From NCBI GenBank assembly GCA_043228905.1, contig JBHGNT010000328.1:1-34520 (forward strand): 34,520 bases of DNA. The letters run 5' to 3'. The DNA is from Azolla caroliniana. Its lineage: Eukaryota > Plantae > Polypodiophyta. Shown piece by piece: positions 9,100 through 18,823 of this stretch; positions within the stretch are counted from its first letter, which is position 1, and every line of letters begins with the position of its first letter. The position numbers and the translations under genes were made by a program. The notes under the pieces were generated by a model, which was given only the letters and a program-made list of their open reading frames with translations, was not told the DNA's origin and searched no databases.

Positions 9100-11800
9100 T
9101 TGCGTCGTCCCGGTTCTCGTTCCACGCTGATCTCCACCACCTTCGTCCCCTTGCCGCCACCTACCTTCTCCTTAGTCTTACATTGCCATGACGACCGAAC
9201 TACCAAGGTCTCCGGAACCAGTGTGGAGGATCCCTCTCCGGCCTTCTACGCGAGATCACCTGAACCGGCAAACCATCTTCGTGCCTCTATTCCCGCTTTG
9301 GCACCTTCGTGTACTGTGCAACCCCCTTCTCATGTTCGGCTCCGCTCGTGCCGAACTCCGGTTTTGTCCTATGCACACGTCATTGGCCCTCGCCCGAGCG
9401 GATCGTGCATCGCCGCTTCTCCGCATACTGGTGTCCTTCGCATCCGAGGAACACCCCGTAGTAGCTCGCTTGGCCACATTCGTTTTGTGTTGCTGCCACC
9501 GGTTTGGAGCCTTCCGCTTGTCGTCATCCCCTCGCCCCCACCAGCTTGTTATCTCGGGTTTGGCACGCCACGCTAGTCGTTGCCACTCCAACTGAGCCGG
9601 CGAGATCACTGAAGCGGGCGTGGAGGATCCTTCTCCGGCCCTCGATCTTGTTTCCAGTCTCCATCCCGCGTAGTCCGTTTACGCACACGCGTGTTGTCGT
9701 TCCCGACACCTCCGTGTGCCGTCTTCTGCCTTCCTTGTTAGGCACCGCCTAGGCCGAACACCGTCCCGTACTCGTGCTTCGCTTTGGCCCTTGGTGGCCA
9801 CATGCACGTCTTCCGTTCCGCTTTCGGGTGCGCCCTTTCCGACTTGGCACACCGCTCCTTAACTTGGTGTTCCCGGCAGCTTACCGGAAGATCACCCTTG
9901 CCGCGTCCCGGCCCGCATGGCCTCCTTCGTTCACGTAACGCCTTGGTTGGTCGGTGCTTCTGTTGTTGTCGCCTTCGTCCCCTTGCCGCCACCTTCCATT
10001 ACCCTCGGTCTCACCTTGCCACGTTGGCTGAACAACCGGGCTCTCCGGGCAGGTCTAAAGGATCCTTCTCGAGCCTCCGTTTTGTTGGGTCACTGACTCT
10101 CGTACCAAGCACATCCGATCTTTGTCTTGCCGACTCTGCCGGTTGGGTCTGTATTCGATTTGTGGCCGCCTCGCCGGCCTCATACCTCCTTTCGCTCTGA
10201 TTTCTGTCGTCCGATCACATTCACCTGCCGCCACCGTCCTTTCCTATAGAACTCACGCCGACACTCGGGCCGACTGTTGGATCGGTGTGAGGATCTTGTG
10301 GGACCTCCCCTTCTGCCTTCAGTTGTCCGCCTTGCCGTCGCCACCGTTCCTTACTCTAGGTCTCACGCCGGCTTCCAGGCCGGCCGCCGGAGTGTCTAGA
10401 ACCGGTGTTTGTAAGGTCGCGACAACACCACTTGCCATTTTCTCTTGTTGTAGTCCTAACCTTTGCATCGGTCTCTTCTGCTGGTCACGTTCACCTACCA
10501 CCACCGATCTCTCCTATAGGACTCACGCCAACACTCGGGCCGATCGCCGGATCAGTGTGAGGATCTCCGTAGACCGCCCATCCGCAACCCTTCACCTTTG
10601 TCCCCTCACCGCCACCGTTCATCACTCTAGGTCTCACTCCGGATCTAGGGCCGACCGCCGGAGTCTCTAGAACCGGTGTGAAGGATCCCCCTCGAGCTCG
10701 TCGTATCTCTCACCCTTATCCCGGGTCGTCTTTGTCTGCAAGTCGAGAGGGTGGCTCGCTCCACACCCTCTCCCGTGGTACCGACGTACTGTGTTCCTGA
10801 CCTCTTCGTAGGGCCGCTCTCTCCCCTCTTCCGGATCTATTATCCGAAAGTCCGCTCCGCCCGGTTCTTGTCCGGGTCCGTCCGTCATTCTTTGGATTGT
10901 CGGGTCTCGTTCTCCTGTTGCCACCGTCAGTATCTTGGTCTTATGTCGGACCCGATGCCAACTGTCGAAGTCTCTAGATTCGGTGTGAGGTGACCCATAG
11001 GACTGGTCTTCGCTCTCCGCTTCGTCCCTTGTACTTCTACCGGACTCGTCTTCGCTCTCCTTGTTGCGTTCCCGCCTCCATCTCTTTCGGTCTCATGTTG
11101 CCACGCCGGCTGAACTGCCGAAGTCTCTGGTCAAGATGTGGGGACACCGATTTCGTAACGACTCCCTACGACTCATCCAGGGCCACCGACTCTTTTAGTG
11201 GTGTCGGTGGAAAGCATCCGCTCTATGATCAATAAAGCCCCGCCTGGGCTTGATTCTCCAATGTCTGGAGTTTCGGCTCCGATGCCGATCCTACCGGACT
11301 CGTTTCGTACCCTCGATCGTCTTCTTCCTGATTCCCGACCTTCGCCCGGTTGGTCTTTCTCCCCATGTAAAAGAGGGCAGCTTGTTCCGCACCCTCTTCC
11401 GTATCGGCACCTACATGCCGATTCTGGGCCCCGTTGAACAATCCATGACCAGATTGCGCTCCACCCGAATCGGAATGCCGACCAATTTGCTCCCCGGTTG
11501 GTTCGACTTCCGATTCCGCTCTCTTGGGCGCCGGTTCTCATTTCCTCCTCTACCGCGACTCTGTCCTCAACCTTCTCGTAGGCCGTTTCCCATCCATCTT
11601 CACTGGCATCGTGCTAGGACTCCTCACTTGCGCCTTCCATCTCTTCGGTCTTATGTCGGCACACGGGCTCGATTGCCGGAGTCTCCAGAATCCGCGTGGA
11701 GGGCTCTTCTCTACTTCTGACCTCCTCCTTGGCCGGTCTTTCTCTGCAAGTCGAGAGGGCTTCTCGCTCCACACCCTCTCTCGTGGCACCGTCATACCGA
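9100..11800 (-). repeat. GC-rich degenerate tandem repeat modules in the LTR element interior
   Basis: Recurrent gagtctctagaaccggtgtgaaggatcc-like motif (about 9206, 9602, 10390, 10661, 10968, 11120, 11680); duplicated blocks 10215-10400 / 10485-10680 and 10735-10785 / 11742-11792. Confidence 0.75.
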
Positions 11801-12618
11801 TCTTCTGCCATGGCGCAGGGCAAGTATGTTTCCTCGGCGTCAGCTTGCGGCCTCAATCTTTCCTCTTCCTCGAGCATTGCCTCGAGAGCTGCGTACGCCT
11901 CCGCAATCATGGCCCCGAAGTCGAGCCTTGCTGACTCTCTTTGCCGCTCACCCTCTTCCCGCTGTGATGGTGCACCGTCGCGTGCCTTCCACCTGGCTTT
12001 ATCGGCTCGCTCATCATCTAGCCATTGGCATACCCTTCCGACTTTCGACCAGTCCTCCATGAGGCCATTCGTTCCGTCATCCTCTTCGAGCTTGATTCCG
12101 ATGACCTCCCGTTCCGCCTAGTCTATCGACCTGACGAATAGAAGGACTTTGTCCGCCCCCACAAGTCTTTGTTCCCGCTCCGGGAGCCGTGCGAAGCGCC
12201 GCCCGAACTCCTGGAACACCTTAGGTGCTCCATGGTGGGTCTTGGACAATGCTACCCATTGGTCGAAGTCGCGCCGGTTTCGACTCCTTGGCGGTTAGTC
12301 GTATGCCCGCAAGAGTGCCCTTTCGAAAGTTTCCCACGAAGTATGGGCCTCTCCGAGCTACTTTACTTCCTCGTATACCCGAGGGACCGCGATCCGACAG
12401 AAGAACTCCAGCCTCAACGCATCATCTACGCCTCGTGCGTCCATCTCCTCGTTGTAGGCTTGCATGTAAGATGAGACTTTGTCCCCGTTGAAACGACCGA
12501 CCCTTTTGGCCACGCATTTGACAGCTTGTTACCTCGTCTCTCTTCCTTTTGTTGCTCATCCAAACTCCCTCTCCGCTTCAACAAAAAGTTGTGCAAAGTC
12601 GTCTTCTTCCAACTCCAT
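11614..12618 (-). pseudogene. gag: Gypsy Gag (capsid-like) pseudogene with in-frame stops
   Basis: From ATG 12618: ...VGRFNGDKVSSYMQAYNEEM..LEFFCRIAVPRVYEEVK*L..SWETFERALLRAYD*..RRDFDQWV..FQEFGRRFARLPEREQRLVGADKVLLFVRSID*..LEEDDGTNGLMEDWSKV. One frame, five stops; the ATG lies just downstream of the PBS. Confidence 0.8.
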
Positions 12619-12633
12619 TCTCCCTAGCCGCCC

Positions 12634-12651
12634 TTCACATCGGGTTCACCA
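12634..12651 (-). promoter_or_regulatory. Primer binding site complementary to the 3' end of tRNA-Trp
   Basis: Minus strand TGGTGAACCCGATGTGAA, 4 nt after the LTR's CA. The plus strand TTCACATCGGGTTCACCA matches the recalled plant tRNA-Trp(CCA) 3' end TTCACGTCGGGTTCACCA at 17/18. Confidence 0.85.
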
Positions 12652-12655
12652 AATA

Positions 12656-12767
12656 TGTCGCGTTATTACGCGCGTGCATGTAGAAGGGGCGGGACCATGG
12701 GGGTCTCGGACAAGGGAGGAAGGGATGCCAAGAAACCGACTCCGGACACGTCCCGGAGGCAACCGAA

Positions 12768-12804
<37 letters not shown>

Positions 12805-13377
12805 ATGCACACGACACCGACTCTTATGCACAGGAAACAAGGGGCTATGTTCCCGACACCACCAAATACACCAATATGCACAAACAGATATGAGTATATA
12901 TATTACAAGGGAAAAATACGACCCCAGTTTCGAGCTAGACCAAGGTAGGGTAGATTACAACAACAATATGCTGCCAAGCCGCAGATCGGGGAGTTCTCGG
13001 GCTCGTCGCGCCGAGCGGGGTCTTGCACAAGAGACTGAGCAAAAGCAAACCCTAAACAGACACGAGCTCTCAACCCACACTACGACGAAGAAGAAGAAGA
13101 AAAACTACCAAGATGAAACCCTAGAACGAAGTAAGAATAAGAGAAACTGCCTAACCTAAATCTAATGGTATACCCTCCTAACTCAAAAATGGGCAACCCC
13201 TCATCAAGGGACCCCTCCCTCCTTTTATAGAACAAGGAGGGGAGGGCGTTACAATGTGGGACAAATTCTCCCCTTTATTCTATACTCCGTCTCCAACTAT
13301 ACATATGCACATGTTGCCCACCACTGACTCTTCCGATATTCCCCGGTTTCTCACTATGGCCTAGAAGCTTCACGACA
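12656..13377 (-). repeat. 5' LTR (722 bp, family B)
   Basis: TGTCGCGTTATTACG...AGCTTCACGACA; longer (AG)n and about 66 bp extra relative to the other LTR; minus-strand TATA (CTATAAAAGG) at about 13221-13230. Confidence 0.93.
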
Positions 13378-14948
13378 ATGTTCCCTAATCTTCTTAATTG
13401 TTTCTACTCCACGCCGAGTTGCTTTGAAGCCCGACATCCGAGGGCGTTTGGTTGTTCGTTGCATTTCTGCTTCATCAAGAGAGAGGTCGAGTGGTGTAGG
13501 TGTGTCCACATTCATTGTCTTCCCTTGTTCCTAAAAATTTATATTAGTTACATGTTGGTGAATATTAAAATGATTATGGTTAACATTTTGTAGTTTTCCC
13601 TCCCTATGTTCTTTTAGCTCTAAGATATACCTACCTAGTCTCTTTATATTTGGGGTATCTAATAGTTTGGAAAGGGTGGGAGGGGGTCCTAGTATGTCTT
13701 GGTATTTAGCCCTTATCTCGGCATAAGTTGGATACTTGCATGTAAAGTGATACTCATCCTCTATCTCTATGTGACATAACCTACATAGCATTTCCTCTCT
13801 AGGGACGCCATTAATATGACCATTCTCAAATTCAAGTTGGTGAGATGATATCCTAAGTTTTCCAATGGCCACCGTTAGTGCATTTGTCAATAATGTATCT
13901 AGATATTTTGGTTGTGTAATAAAACCTGGCTTAGAGAAGTGCATGAAGTGTTCGTTATAGTACAACATTTTTTTATAGGAGTGGCTCTCATGGGGTGATC
14001 CATTTATATCAGGTATAAATTAGCCATATTTCTTGGTGTATTACTTTATTACGGTCCTCATGAGATATTAAAGTTTGATCAGTCCCATGGTTGTACTTAA
14101 GGGGAGGTAGGTTATTAATGTCTATGTCATTTGCAAGTAACCAACGAACTACAATGCTATACCACGAGCTACTATCTCCAAACTCATATAGGGATCGGGA
14201 TGCCTCAAAAGCTTGACGGGATATCCTATCTTGTGGTTGGTTTGTATCCTATGAATAAAAACTACCAGTTGGAAGAGTGTTTCTACTAACATTGGGGGTA
14301 GACTGGACTCTGCTCTAATAATGTCATGTGGTACTGTCGATTTGCTTCGGAGTTGACGTGATAACATCATCACCAAAGGTCTCTCTAATTGCATCAACAT
14401 GAAGGATGGTAAACCTGGAGGCCATACTACTATGTATATATGAGTGAAGGGGTCACAAATGAGTCAAAGAGCCATCCCTTCGTCCGTGTCTCTTGAAAGT
14501 ATGTCTGGTGGCATTGTCTCTCTAAGAGTGAGAGGGATACATACCCTCTCATTAGCCTATCTTTGGTTGCCTGGATCATCGAGAATTTACCTGAACGAGC
14601 ACTAAAAGTGACTCCCAGATATACATATGATCCAACTACCTCAACTGGTTTATGAGAGAGGAGTAGGTGACACTTACTCCTAACTCGAGACGATGTGTGA
14701 AAGATAAGTTAGATTCACTACCAATCCCCGTTGTGTGCAAAAGTCATCTAGGGCATTAAGGTGCTTTTGTAGGTCGTGTTCAGACTCTGAGATCAAAACT
14801 ATGTCGTCAGCATAGAGTAAGAGACTAACTTGCGTGCCCCCAATGGTTACTATGTTGCCTCCCTTACGAGCAATAAAACCAATAATCTCATCAATGTATA
14901 TCCCAAAAGGAGTTGGTGATAGGGGGCAACCCTGTTTTACGCCAACGG
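13378..14948 (-). pseudogene. RTEX-like ORF2 (RT core with YADD plus C-terminal zinc-finger-like region), with frameshifts and stops
   Basis: GVKQGCPLSP..LLLYADDIVLIS..LQKHLNALDDFC; VPHDIIRAE; IGKLRISSHQLEFENG..PREEMLCRLCHIEIEDEYHFTCKYP. Confidence 0.88.
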
Positions 14949-15427
14949 TGTCGTGATGTTTTCGACACATAGTGCGAAACCACCCTCAAAAGAGAGTAAA
15001 GTAGTGGTCCAAATAAACTAACATCGTAAAGTCAACTTTTGTAATAAATGATGAAAAGATAGTAAGGTAGATAAAAATAGAAAAAAATAGAAATAGATAA
15101 AAATAGAAAAAGTAAGAGAGAGAGAAAAAACGCAAGGCGTGGAATTGAGGAGCAAGGTAGAGAAAAAAGCTCATAATTTCCTCATTCGATGTCCAAATTA
15201 GACAAGAAAAGATCCATAAGAAAGCTAACTCAAAAGGCTTTCTCAAAATGACTTATATGTCTAATTTGGACTTACAAACATAAATTAATGATAGAAATAA
15301 AACACGACTCATATAGACAAACTTTTGTTTAGGAGAAAAATAAAGCAAGCCATAGAAACCCTATAAATAAGAGCTATTCTTAAGAAGAAGGAGAGGAGAT
15401 GGATAGGGATTTGAAGAAGAAAATATT

Positions 15428-15650
15428 TATGTTTCCTCTCTCATACTCTTAACCCTAAAGGGGGATATAAAAAAATCATGTATCAAAATAAGTCCATTAT
15501 ATGGATGATTTAGTAATAAAAACTCTCTATGTTTCCTCTCTCGTACTCTTAACCCTAAAGGGGGATATAAAAAAATCATGTATCAAAATAAGTCCATTAT
15601 ATGGATGATTTAGTAATAAAAACTCTCTATGTTTCCTCTCTCATACTCTC
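15428..15650. repeat. 100-bp tandem duplication inside the family-A LTR
   Basis: tatgtttcctctctc(a/g)tactct starts at 15428, 15528 and 15628; the two full units differ at about one position. Confidence 0.92.
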
Positions 15651-16785
15651 TTAATTTAAGTTTTGCTTGTACGTATAGATATAATTTAGTGTTATTCATA
15701 CTCTCTTACTCATAAGCATAATTAATCATTATTCGATCTTGCATACTCTCTTACTCGAAGATTTGTTTATGCATTAATATAATTAAGTATTACTCAATTT
15801 CTCATACTATCTTACTCTTATTTGAGGGAAATATCTCGTCTTAAAACTTAAAGTGCATAAATCATTCAACCCTAAATCCTTCTAGTCCAGAACCCCGGTA
15901 GTTTCGCCTCACGATCCGCAGTAGCTGACGGATTTTCACAACATAATAAAGTAAATGTCGCGAAGTTTTGCATGCGTGTGTCGCTCGAACGGGACCGCCA
16001 GGGCCTTGGACCGGGGAGACAAAAGAAGTGAGGATAGTGGGAGATTATGATGTCAATGACATGGGGAAAATATACATAAGTTTAGATATAAAATAGGCTT
16101 TAAGCTAAATACCACGATTTCGGTGGGTTTTTTTTACATAGAATTGGTTTCATGATTAATAAAAACAGTTATGGATCAAAACGGGTTTTTATTTTCTTTA
16201 GAATTGCTAGGCTTGACACCACGATTTCAGTGGTTTTTACAACAATCATTATGAAATGATCAAGGCTAAAATAGTCTAGCGAAGGCGAGTCTAGTGGGCT
16301 CCGAGCTCGACTACTTCTGATAGCTATGTTGCCTCGATTCGGAGTAGCCCTCGTGCCACTACAACCTCCCTTCCGCAATCGGCCACTAAGTTGACTACCA
16401 CCGAGATGCCGAAAAACCCGTTGTTTAGGAAATCCAAACCTTAAAATCTCGAGTAAGAAGTATAATAGGAGCAAAACTCACAAACCCTAAAATCATATGT
16501 CCTCTAATATGTTGAGGAGAAAAGAAGAAAGTAGAAGCTCTCTAACCCTAACCCTAGAAAAAAAAGGAGGAGAAAGGGATAAGGAGAAAGGGAGGCCACA
16601 AAACCCTAACCCAAGAAGAAGATGAGAAGATGAAAACCTAGTGGTACACCCCTAAGGCAAAATGGGCGACCCCCAAATAAGCCCTATCGTTCATCTTTTA
16701 TAGAGGAAAGAGCTTATTTTAACATTACATGCTTTTTATTTCCTTTGTCACAAAAAAGGAAGGGGAACAAAATTCTCCTTGGTTT

Positions 16786-16858
16786 GCACGAAGAGAGACT
16801 TGAACTCTACACCTCCCCATGTATACTTATAAGCCCTAACCACTAAGCTACTACTTGT
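16786..16858 (-). other. tRNA-like (SINE-like) Pol III A/B-box module inside an LTR
   Basis: Minus strand TAGCTTAGTGG (A box) ... GAGTTCAAGTC (B box) at tRNA spacing; the acceptor stem is not intact. Confidence 0.5.
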
Positions 16859-16942
16859 TATTATATTTTTATTCATATATTACTTTATGAGATGTACATG
16901 AAGCTTCACTTTTTCTCACACTACACACGCCACACCACGACA

Positions 16943-17140
16943 ACGGTGCTAGTGAAGCAATCGAAGAGGCCGCCTCTTGGGCATCTGACGCACCCAGAGA
17001 CTTGCTCATATAGATCATAGATGGCCCAAATCATGTCATTTGGTATCTCCAAGCTTCTAAGCCTATCAAACAACCGCTCCCTAGGAATCGTGTCAAAGGT
17101 TTTGCGGAAGTCCACAAAGCAACAATATAGTTTCTTCTTG
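16943..17140 (-). pseudogene. RTEX-like ORF2 reverse transcriptase fragment (first part)
   Basis: KKKLYCCFVDFRKTFDTIPRERLF...DCFTST, which continues as VGVKQGCPLSP at 14948. Confidence 0.85.
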
Positions 17141-17341
17141 CAAGTCTTTGAGTTTCGCTATTTCAGTTAAAAGCATGTCTTTGTCTTCCCTATATATCTG
17201 CTTTTGAGTTTCGGTCTCATTTGCCCATTTTCTCACTTCACTCTCCATTTTAACTAAAAGATTAACAACATCTAAGAATTCTTCCTTACTTGTTGTTTCT
17301 TCGTATGTTTCCTTATAGTCTTTAGTTCGTTTAGAGGCCAT
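17135..17341 (-). pseudogene. Putative LINE ORF1 N-terminal coiled-coil fragment fused to ORF2 RT
   Basis: MASKRTKDYKETYEETTSKEEFLDVVNLLVKMESEVRKW...LTEIAKLKDLQEE is charged and heptad-like, and switches into RT-coding sequence at GCAAGAAGAAAC. Confidence 0.5.
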
Positions 17342-17650
17342 GTTGTAATTCAAAAGATAAAAGAAAAAAAATGGACGAAAAGAGATGGAAAAACTTAGCC
17401 GAGCATCGGTGGATGTCTCGTTCACTTCATGAGCTCCAATCAAACCACCAAAGAGAGACCTCGCGCGCTAAGTACAAGTACCCACACCGTAGGAACGCAC
17501 TCTACTGAGAAACCCGTGTATGCATGACCACAACAAACAAAAGTGATGGTCACTCAATAGCGACGACGGTCGGCATGACATGGCAGCAGCCATAGACGGC
17601 GGTTTGTGACAACGACAACAACGGCGACGGTGGTATCATAGAGAGCCGTT

Positions 17651-17653
<3 letters not shown>

Positions 17654-17718
<65 letters not shown>

Positions 17719-17768
17719 GAGGAGGAGGAGGAAGAGGAGGAAGAGGAGGAGGAGAGAGAGGAGGAAGA
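17654..17768. repeat. (AG)n microsatellite of about 30 units followed by (GAG)n
   Basis: Directly visible; the counterpart (AG)12 lies at 6755-6778. Confidence 0.95.
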
Positions 17769-17859
17769 TAACTTTTGTTTAGAGAGAGAAAGAAAGAAGG
17801 GAACTAAGAGAGGGGGATCTATCTATCTATGTCAACCCATGGACAGTCTGAGTGTGTAT

Positions 17860-18276
17860 GAATTTATCCGCTTACTAAAACCATTTCAATGGTTTTATCA
17901 AAAAGTTGGGCATTAGTAATAGTAAGTTTTTTGTAACCTTTTAAGTGGGTTTTCGTTGATGGTGTTAAAGCTCTACCCACCCCATCATATCAGGTGGTTT
18001 TTGACTACCTTAGGTAATGGCCGATGTGGTTTAGTTGGACCATTATTTGATGGACTTTGTGGGGTACTACAATGACTCTGTAAGTCGAAAAGGAAGTTGA
18101 TTTGACAATTTTCACAACTATATTGCATGGGGATGTTGTCTGAAGATGTGGTAGATTTATGCCATCTAGTTTACAACACTTAAGAGTGTTTCCCTTGCCA
18201 TATCACAACTAATGAAGTTGTGGCGAACACAAGGGTTGTATTATCATCTTGTTTTAATAACAAACATAGATTTACG
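17860..18276 (+). mobile_element. 5'-truncated L1-clade LINE 3' fragment
   Basis: Aligns to about 23780-24222 (cccaccccatcatatcaggtggtttttgactaccttag ... ttgttttaataacaaacatagatttacg). Confidence 0.85.
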
Positions 18277-18823
18277 GAAGAGAGAGTGTGGGTGTGATAG
18301 AGAGAGGAAGCACATAAATAGGTCGTGAGAATTAACATGTTGTTTTATATACACAATTCACACAATTGCATACATGAGAGAGAGAGAGAGAGAGTGTGTG
18401 TGTGTGTGTTGAATTAGCTTAATGATAGAAATTGAATGTGCTTAGAGAGAGAGAGAGAACAAGAGAAACGAAGGAGTCGAGCCCAGCATCAGAAAGAGAT
18501 GGAAGCATGAGAGAGAGACAGAGAACGAGTGACAGAGAGAGAGAGAGGAGTAGGAGTAGTAGAAAGAGAGTAGGAGAAATGAGAAAATCAGAGAAACAAA
18601 GTAGGATAAAATCAGAAAATCACAAGGAAAAGAAGGACGAGGAGAAGAAGAAGAAGGACGAGGAGACGTGAGAGGAACAATTATTCGCGGCTACATCGAC
18701 ATAATTGGGCAAGTGCTACAACAACATTCTTCTTCGACGGCAAGCTCGAATGTCATTGGGTCTATTTCAGGTTAATTATCCTCCTATTAATTTCCTTTTC
18801 CTTATAATTGGGGCGTATTATAT

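Larger units (their letters stand above)
7074..13377 (-). mobile_element. Non-autonomous (gag-only) Ty3/gypsy LTR retrotransposon
   Basis: Direct LTRs at 7074-7713 and 12656-13377 with TG...CA ends; 4-bp TSD ACGT (7070-7073) / ATGT (13378-13381); tRNA-Trp PBS at 12634-12651; PPT-like GTGGGGCGGGA at about 7714-7724 (minus); degenerate gag; no RT, RNase H or integrase motifs seen. Confidence 0.9.
14949..16942. mobile_element. Composite insertion: family-A LTR (plus, 14949-15943) + 12-bp spacer + family-B-like LTR (minus, 15956-16942), under a single ACGG TSD
   Basis: ACGG at 14945-14948 and at 16943-16946; removing the unit restores RT coding DCFTST-V-GVKQGCP. Each half has its own TG...CA ends and TATA (ccctataaata near 15360 on plus; cttttatag near 16696, i.e. 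TATA on minus). Confidence 0.85.
6780..17653 (-). mobile_element. RTEX-like LINE, internally deleted, flanked by (GA)n and interrupted by two LTR-type insertions
   Basis: GC-rich 5' region (17653-17345); coiled-coil ORF1-like start (ATG 17341); RT (YCCFVDFRK..GVKQGCPLSP..LLYADD); C-terminal LRISSHQL..CRLC..EDEYH motif; terminal stop at 6953; 3' UTR ending ...GGCCAATTTTGGTCTTAGAAGACGTTAATA(TC)n. Reading frames rejoin across both insertions once one TSD copy is removed. Confidence 0.75.

Noticed and set aside
9100-11800. CRISPR-like repeat array
   Set aside because: The repeats are degenerate and irregularly spaced, lie inside a eukaryotic retroelement, and have no cas genes nearby.
8986-12491. 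Many overlapping plus-strand ORFs of 80-196 aa
   Set aside because: These are stop-poor frames in a GC-rich repetitive transposon interior, antisense to the gag-side frame, with no recognisable motifs.
12634-12651. tRNA-Trp gene
   Set aside because: Only the 3' 18 nt including CCA are present, next to an LTR, so it is a primer binding site.
12479-13159. 226-aa plus-strand ORF (and the 7073-7391 ORFs)
   Set aside because: It lies across the LTR and its (AG)n tract, antisense to gag, and the other LTR has frame-altering differences.
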